This document shows positions 55,696 through 60,388 of a stretch of 60,388 bases of DNA, one piece after another (the first letter of the stretch is position 1; each line of letters begins with the position of its first letter). A model generated the notes under the pieces. The model ran no database searches and was not told the origin of the DNA. It saw only the letters and a program-made list of their open reading frames with translations. Location of the stretch: the NCBI GenBank assembly GCA_002501805.1, contig DAOI01000004.1:1-60388 (forward strand), read 5' to 3'. Source of the DNA: Euryarchaeota archaeon UBA463. GTDB taxonomy: Archaea; Thermoplasmatota; Poseidoniia; Poseidoniales; Thalassarchaeaceae. The translations under genes and the position numbers were made by a program.

Positions 55696-56946
55696 TTACA
55701 CTGCCAAGAATCTGTATCTGGCATATACATAACCTGCAAGAGCTATTTTCTCGGATTTCGAGAGCTGTATTCTCTCAGTAAATACATCCCCTCCCTTCTT
55801 CTTAATCTTGGCCATTATCGACTCGTAAAATTTAGCCATTGCTGCCGGAGAATATCTCGAGGCCTTATCGAGCATCGGCAATAGCTTGAAAGCCCTCTCA
55901 CGATATCTCTCAGCTTGCTCAATGAAGTCCTCTACGAATGGCTTCCATCCTGGATGGCTGGCAACATTTGAGCCCTCAAGAACATCCTCAGGGGTAATCC
56001 CAAATCTAGCCAAATCCTCAGTGGGCAGGTAGATCCTATTCCTCGCGGCGTCTTCGGCTACATCTCGAAGAATATTTGTCAACTGCATGTATATCCCCCA
56101 TGCTTCAGCATATTCAACCGCCATTGGATTGTCATATCCGTAAATCTCGATACAAACCAACCCTACCGTTGAAGCAACTCTGTAGCAGTACGCGTAGAGG
56201 TCCTCAAACGTCTCATAGCGGTTTCTGTGGAAGTCATCCTCCATTCCGCTGATCATATCGTCAAGCTCCTGTCTCTGAATTCCAAATTTCCTAACAGTGT
56301 CCTTCAAAGCTATGAAAATCGGATCAGTGGACGTCACATCTTCGTAGGCGGTGGACAGTTTCTTTCTGTAGTAGAAAAGTTGTGACATCTTTTCATTGTA
56401 GGAAGTCCTTTCTACAACGGGATCTCCCGAGCTAAGCCTCTCAATACTAATCCTGTAATCAATAGATTCTGGATCATCGGAAGACCCTCCCGGGAAGTAA
56501 TCGACATAATCTCCATCGGCAATATCATCTGCTCTTCTACAGAATGCGTAATACGCGCAAATAGCCCTCCTCTGTAGATCTGGAAGGTACTTGAAAGAGT
56601 GATAGAAATTTCCTGCCTCTCTTCTTGTGAGCTCCTCGCAGTAGTCATAGGCAGTCTCTACAATGCTCTCTGGGACCTCATTCTCCGACCAAATTGGAGC
56701 ATCTATATGGGCGAAAGGATTGACCAGCTCACCTCTGGTCCCAATTACTCCCATGAAGAGAGCGCCCTCTCTCACGGCCTCTAGTGCCGTTATACTAATC
56801 GCCCTGACTGCCTCTCTAGTCATTCCGACAGTTTCCCTAACTCGATCAATTCCTTTGGAGTCAACATCGGGGTCGATAAGAGAAACGCTTCGCTGGGAAA
56901 CGAATCCTACCACGGGGGAATCACCCACCTCCTCTGCCTTCGTCAT
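55696..56946 (-). CDS. phytoene synthase (CrtB/HpnD)-like squalene/phytoene synthase family protein with an N-terminal extension
   Basis: AYDYCEELTRREAGNFYHSFKYLP, AICAYYAFCRRADDIADG (first Asp-rich motif) and LRDVAEDAARNRIYLP (second) are present. About 90 aa precede the core, so the start is uncertain. Confidence 0.7.
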   Translation of the reverse strand: MTKAEEVGDSPVVGFVSQRSVSLIDPDVDSKGIDRVRETVGMTREAVRAISITALEAVREGALFMGVIGTRGELVNPFAHIDAPIWSENEVPESIVETAYDYCEELTRREAGNFYHSFKYLPDLQRRAICAYYAFCRRADDIADGDYVDYFPGGSSDDPESIDYRISIERLSSGDPVVERTSYNEKMSQLFYYRKKLSTAYEDVTSTDPIFIALKDTVRKFGIQRQELDDMISGMEDDFHRNRYETFEDLYAYCYRVASTVGLVCIEIYGYDNPMAVEYAEAWGIYMQLTNILRDVAEDAARNRIYLPTEDLARFGITPEDVLEGSNVASHPGWKPFVEDFIEQAERYRERAFKLLPMLDKASRYSPAAMAKFYESIMAKIKKKGGDVFTERIQLSKSEKIALAGYVYARYRFLAV

Positions 56947-57038
56947 CTAATTCAAGGAGCGACTACATGGCCCTATTGAACCTCTCCCTAAGTTGAGTAT
57001 CTTATGCTACGAGCACGTGGTTACCCTGATTGCCGAAG

Positions 57039-58034
57039 TTATGCTAGTAGCGAATTGCTCATCTTCCTGAAGGGGAGACCCACAATCACTTTCCTAATTA
57101 TTTCCTTAATTTCCTTCCTCGACACCTTAACTCTGTTATTTCTATCTAGGACATTCTGTGTCTTGAGTAAGGCAAGAGTCCTCCTTCCAATGATAACAGG
57201 AATCATACAAGCCCCCCTCAGACGATATTGATTGTGAGGTAACAAGCCGATGTACCTTACAGCCTCATCGAGATGCCCCTCTGCCTTCGCTATGTATTGG
57301 TCAAGTAGGGGTCTGAAAATATCGATACTGCCGGAACGAAGTAGATCATCAGGGCTCAATCCTATTTTCTGAAGATCATCAGCTGGGATGTAGCAACGAC
57401 CTATCTCTAGGTCCTCGGGTATATCTCTCAGGATATTGATTAGTTGTAGGGCCTTTCCAAACCGAACTCCAGACGACATCAGCTCCTCTTTCATTTCCGC
57501 GCTAGCTTCAAATGCATGCTCAAGGCAGATTTCTGTCCAAAATTCACCAACACTTCCCGCTACCCTGTATGCATAATCGTCCATCTCCTCATATCTATTT
57601 AGAGATCGAATCCCACTGCCATCCTTATCTGAGAATCTCTCCAAATCCATCCTCTGTCCACTGACTATGATGTCCAAGCACCTTCTGATTAATTCCCGGT
57701 CAACTACCGGGACCTCCTCTAGGAGCTCGATAGGGCCACGAGCTCCCCGTAGTAGTAGGCCCTCAGCAGGGTTTTCCTGAACATCAGAAAGATTTGAGAA
57801 ATCAGGCATAGAATCAGAGTTCCCCTGAGCCCTACTGTTGTAATCTTCTAGTAGCTGTAGAAGGTCTTCCCCCCCTGAGTCGCCCGAGTCAGCAATAGTA
57901 TCAGAAATTCTAGCCAATAGGTACAGAAGGCCTATTTGTCCCTTAACAGATTTAGGCAGTCTTTTCAGTGTCAGGTAGAATGACCTCGAAGTTCCCTCCA
58001 GGAGCTTGTCGTTAAACGAATCTAGCTCAGTCAT
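57039..58034 (-). CDS. squalene synthase-like (eukaryote/haloarchaeal SQS-type) squalene/phytoene synthase family protein
   Basis: LLEGTSRSFYLTLKRLPKSVKGQIGLLYLLARISDTIADSG resembles the TSRSF...YLxLRxLDTxED signature of SQS. ILRDIPEDLEIGRCYIP is the second Asp-rich motif. GAGGGAG lies upstream of the ATG. Confidence 0.7.
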   Translation of the reverse strand: MTELDSFNDKLLEGTSRSFYLTLKRLPKSVKGQIGLLYLLARISDTIADSGDSGGEDLLQLLEDYNSRAQGNSDSMPDFSNLSDVQENPAEGLLLRGARGPIELLEEVPVVDRELIRRCLDIIVSGQRMDLERFSDKDGSGIRSLNRYEEMDDYAYRVAGSVGEFWTEICLEHAFEASAEMKEELMSSGVRFGKALQLINILRDIPEDLEIGRCYIPADDLQKIGLSPDDLLRSGSIDIFRPLLDQYIAKAEGHLDEAVRYIGLLPHNQYRLRGACMIPVIIGRRTLALLKTQNVLDRNNRVKVSRKEIKEIIRKVIVGLPFRKMSNSLLA

Positions 58035-58068
58035 GATTCTCCCTCATGACGCGCAGGGCATCATACAC

Positions 58069-58995
58069 CTAAGACTCTCGCAATCCTGCTTCAATCAATG
58101 CCCCGACTAGTACTTGTCCAATTTCAGAAGGATCTCTGGCCACATATATCCCTGCTTTCTCAAAAGCGGCGAATTTCTCGGATGCCGTTCCCTTGCCCCC
58201 TGATATTATTGCACCTGCATGCCCCATCCTCTTCCCAGGGGGAGCAGTCGAGCCAGCTACGAATCCAATTACTGGTTTACTCATATTCTCAGAAACCCAT
58301 TCTGCGGCCTCTTCTTCAGCAGAACCGCCTATCTCTCCTATCATCACCACTGCTACTGTTTCAGGATCTTCTTCAAACGCGCTTAGGCAATCGATGAATC
58401 CCGTACCACTAACAGGGTCTCCTCCAATGCCCACGCAAGTGGTCTGACCTTCGTCAACGCTCATCGTCTGTGCGACCGCCTCGTAAGTTAGAGTGCCGGA
58501 TTTAGAAACTATTCCAATCCTACCTTTCTTGTGAATGAATGCGGGCATTATTCCGACCTTGCAACCACCATCTAATCCAGGGGATATTATTCCGGGGCAG
58601 TTGGGTCCGATTAGTCTGACCTTTTCGAACTCATTGACTTTGTCTACGGCTCTTATCATGTCCAACGTTGGTATTCCCTCGGTAATACATACAATCAGTC
58701 CGCCACCATTCTCATTGAATGCCTCTGCGGCCTCATGAATCGCAGCGGCGGCAAACCGTGCAGGAACATATATCGCGCTCACGTCAGCACCCGTTTCGGA
58801 TACCGCTTCCTTCATATTGTTGTAGACCGGTACCTGACGACCGTCCAGATCGACCTCTTGACCTCCTTTGCCCGGCGTAACCCCCCCTACGACATTGGTA
58901 TTGTATCTGACCATTCTAGTCCCATGAAAGGTACCTTGCCTGCCAGTAATGCCCTGTATCAGGATTTTACTTTCTTCATCTATCCAGATCGCCAT
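58069..58995 (-). CDS. sucD: succinyl-CoA synthetase alpha subunit
   Basis: [24 protein letters not shown] and [14 protein letters not shown] (phosphohistidine loop) are present. ATG 58995 overlaps the sucC stop. Confidence 0.9.
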   Translation of the reverse strand: MAIWIDEESKILIQGITGRQGTFHGTRMVRYNTNVVGGVTPGKGGQEVDLDGRQVPVYNNMKEAVSETGADVSAIYVPARFAAAAIHEAAEAFNENGGGLIVCITEGIPTLDMIRAVDKVNEFEKVRLIGPNCPGIISPGLDGGCKVGIMPAFIHKKGRIGIVSKSGTLTYEAVAQTMSVDEGQTTCVGIGGDPVSGTGFIDCLSAFEEDPETVAVVMIGEIGGSAEEEAAEWVSENMSKPVIGFVAGSTAPPGKRMGHAGAIISGGKGTASEKFAAFEKAGIYVARDPSEIGQVLVGALIEAGLRES

Positions 58996-60203
58996 CAACT
59001 GTCACCTCCTATCAGGTCTACGATTTTTCTCGCTCCTTCTGAGAGTGAGCTAACAGTGTGTATCGAGATTTCACCGCTATCTAGTATCGCCTTTCCTTCT
59101 TCATGATTAGTTCCAGAGAAGCGTACTACCAGTGGTACTTCCAAACCCAGCTCTTTGGAAGCTTCAATAACACTCATTGCCACCATATCGCATCGAATTA
59201 TTCCTCCGAATATATTCACTAAGATTCCTTCAACATTCTCGTCCTCTAGAATAATCTGGAAGGCTGCAGTGATTGATTCTCTGGTGGCACCGCCACCGAT
59301 ATCTAGGAAGTTAGCTGGTTCTCCACCGTATAGCTTGATCACATCCATCGAAGCCATAGCAAGACCAGCACCGTTAACCAGGCAACCTATGTTTCCATCA
59401 AGTTTCACATAAGAAAGGCCTAGGTCATTTGCCCTAATCTCAACATCCTCCTCCTCAGAGAGATCTCTAACTTCGTCCCTCCATGGATGTCTGAAGTTGG
59501 CATTCTCATCCAGCCCCACCTTGGCATCCAAGGCTACCATAGAGCCGTCCTTTGTCCTAACAAGGGGGTTAATCTCTATCATCGAACAGTCTTTCTCAAT
59601 GAACATGGCGTAAAGGGAATTCAACATCTCAATCATCTGTTCGGATGAAGATCCAGAAAGTCCGAGTGAGACCGATAGTGAGGCACAATCATCATCACGG
59701 AGTCCCAAAGAAGGATCAGCCCAAATTTTATGGATCGCTTCTGGATTCTTCTCAGCCACTTCTTCGATGTCCATTCCTCCCTCTGTCGAGGCCATAACAA
59801 GAACAGACTTCCTATCTCTGTCCACAAGAATAGCTAGATAGAATTCGTGATCAATATCGCAACCTGACTCGATATACATGTTATTGACTATCTTACCTTC
59901 TGGACCAGTCTGTTTTGTTACCAGAAGATTCCCCCAAATGTTTCTTGAGAACTCTTCAACATCTTCTCTGGAAAAGGCGATTTTAACTCCTCCCTTCATG
60001 ACCTCCTCGCCAGATTCGGGATTATACAGTATACCCTTGCCTCTTCCCCCTGCATGAATCTGGCTCTTAACAGCAACAATCTCAGATCCCAGTGAGTCGT
60101 ACGCCGCAAGCGCGTCTGATACACTCTTGCAGTGATTGCCTTCTTGCACCCTGACTCCGAATTCACGGAACATTTCCTTTGCCTGATACTCGTGGATGTT
60201 CAT
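58995..60203 (-). CDS. sucC: succinyl-CoA synthetase beta subunit
   Basis: [17 protein letters not shown] is the N-terminus, with GGAGGGG 6 nt upstream of ATG 60203. [22 protein letters not shown] and [10 protein letters not shown] are present. Track residues 1-58 are a non-homologous upstream extension. Confidence 0.9.
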   Translation of the reverse strand: MNIHEYQAKEMFREFGVRVQEGNHCKSVSDALAAYDSLGSEIVAVKSQIHAGGRGKGILYNPESGEEVMKGGVKIAFSREDVEEFSRNIWGNLLVTKQTGPEGKIVNNMYIESGCDIDHEFYLAILVDRDRKSVLVMASTEGGMDIEEVAEKNPEAIHKIWADPSLGLRDDDCASLSVSLGLSGSSSEQMIEMLNSLYAMFIEKDCSMIEINPLVRTKDGSMVALDAKVGLDENANFRHPWRDEVRDLSEEEDVEIRANDLGLSYVKLDGNIGCLVNGAGLAMASMDVIKLYGGEPANFLDIGGGATRESITAAFQIILEDENVEGILVNIFGGIIRCDMVAMSVIEASKELGLEVPLVVRFSGTNHEEGKAILDSGEISIHTVSSLSEGARKIVDLIGGDS

Positions 60204-60304
60204 GTTACGTCCCCTCCACTCGCACCCTGTCTTTGAAGGATGCGCTAGCTGGCACTCAGTCAGGAACACGAAGCGCTCAAACAGTTTCACCCTGCCCCGC
60301 AAGC

Positions 60305-60388
60305 ATGGACGTACTGGTTTTAGCAGGCGGGTTGGGCACCAGACTGCGCCCACTGACAGAGGGAAGAGCAAAGCCACTCCTGCGTATT
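60305..60388 (+). CDS. sugar-phosphate nucleotidyltransferase (NTP_transferase family), 5' fragment truncated by the window end
   Basis: Not in the ORF track. Manual translation from ATG 60305 gives MDVLVLAGGLGTRLRPLTEGRAKPLLRI, the canonical G-x-G-T-R-L-x-P-L-T...KP N-terminal motif. It is divergent from sucC. Confidence 0.6.
   Translation, partial: MDVLVLAGGLGTRLRPLTEGRAKPLLRI

Noticed and set aside
60204-60377. 58-codon N-terminal extension of sucC in the ORF track
   Set aside because: The SucC N-terminus [10 protein letters not shown] starts at ATG 60203 with a GGAGGGG SD. The extension has no homology and would run into the divergent promoter of the nucleotidyltransferase gene.

Overview
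This is a dense, almost fully coding 60.4-kb archaeal chromosomal segment. Core informational and energy genes are present: a complete A1AO ATP synthase operon (atpH-I-K-E-C-F-A-B-D), RPA plus a COG3390 RPA-associated protein, SMC-ScpA-ScpB, Pelota, ABCE1, a DRG GTPase, GatD and an archaeal-type NMN adenylyltransferase. These sit beside light-related and aerobic-heterotroph genes: two cryptochrome/photolyase genes, tandem phytoene/squalene synthase paralogs, a long-chain prenyl synthase with a GGR-family reductase and UbiE, succinyl-CoA synthetase, L-aspartate oxidase, formate-THF ligase and secreted lipoprotein esterases. The content fits a planktonic marine Thermoplasmatota-like (MGII/MGIII-type) euryarchaeon, but that placement is inference only. 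I call 53 protein genes, one tRNA-Phe(GAA) and a few candidate TATA boxes. Two of the genes are cut by the window edges and are absent from the ORF track. I saw no rRNA, CRISPR array, transposase, integrase or recognisable defence or toxin module, so there is no classical island. All homology statements come from reading motifs by eye and need HMM or structure confirmation. The most unusual items are:
- An M50 site-2-protease homolog directly after the ATPase operon, with the HExxH zinc site replaced (SEARR) and fused to a large sequon-rich extracellular domain.
- A glycerophosphodiesterase whose N-terminal HR(G) motif is degenerate, while a canonical IIGHRGAG motif sits at the extreme C-terminus.
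- A two-gene module of a triple SAP/HeH-motif protein and a HemC-like protein lacking the catalytic Asp.
- An ABCE1 missing two of the eight canonical Fe-S cysteines.
- A repair and light cluster: an EndoIV-like TIM barrel with an acidic tail, an unresolved CPF member and a eukaryote-like (6-4)-type photolyase.
- Every convergent protein-gene junction has a spacer of 1 nt or less, often with palindromic stop-stop overlaps.
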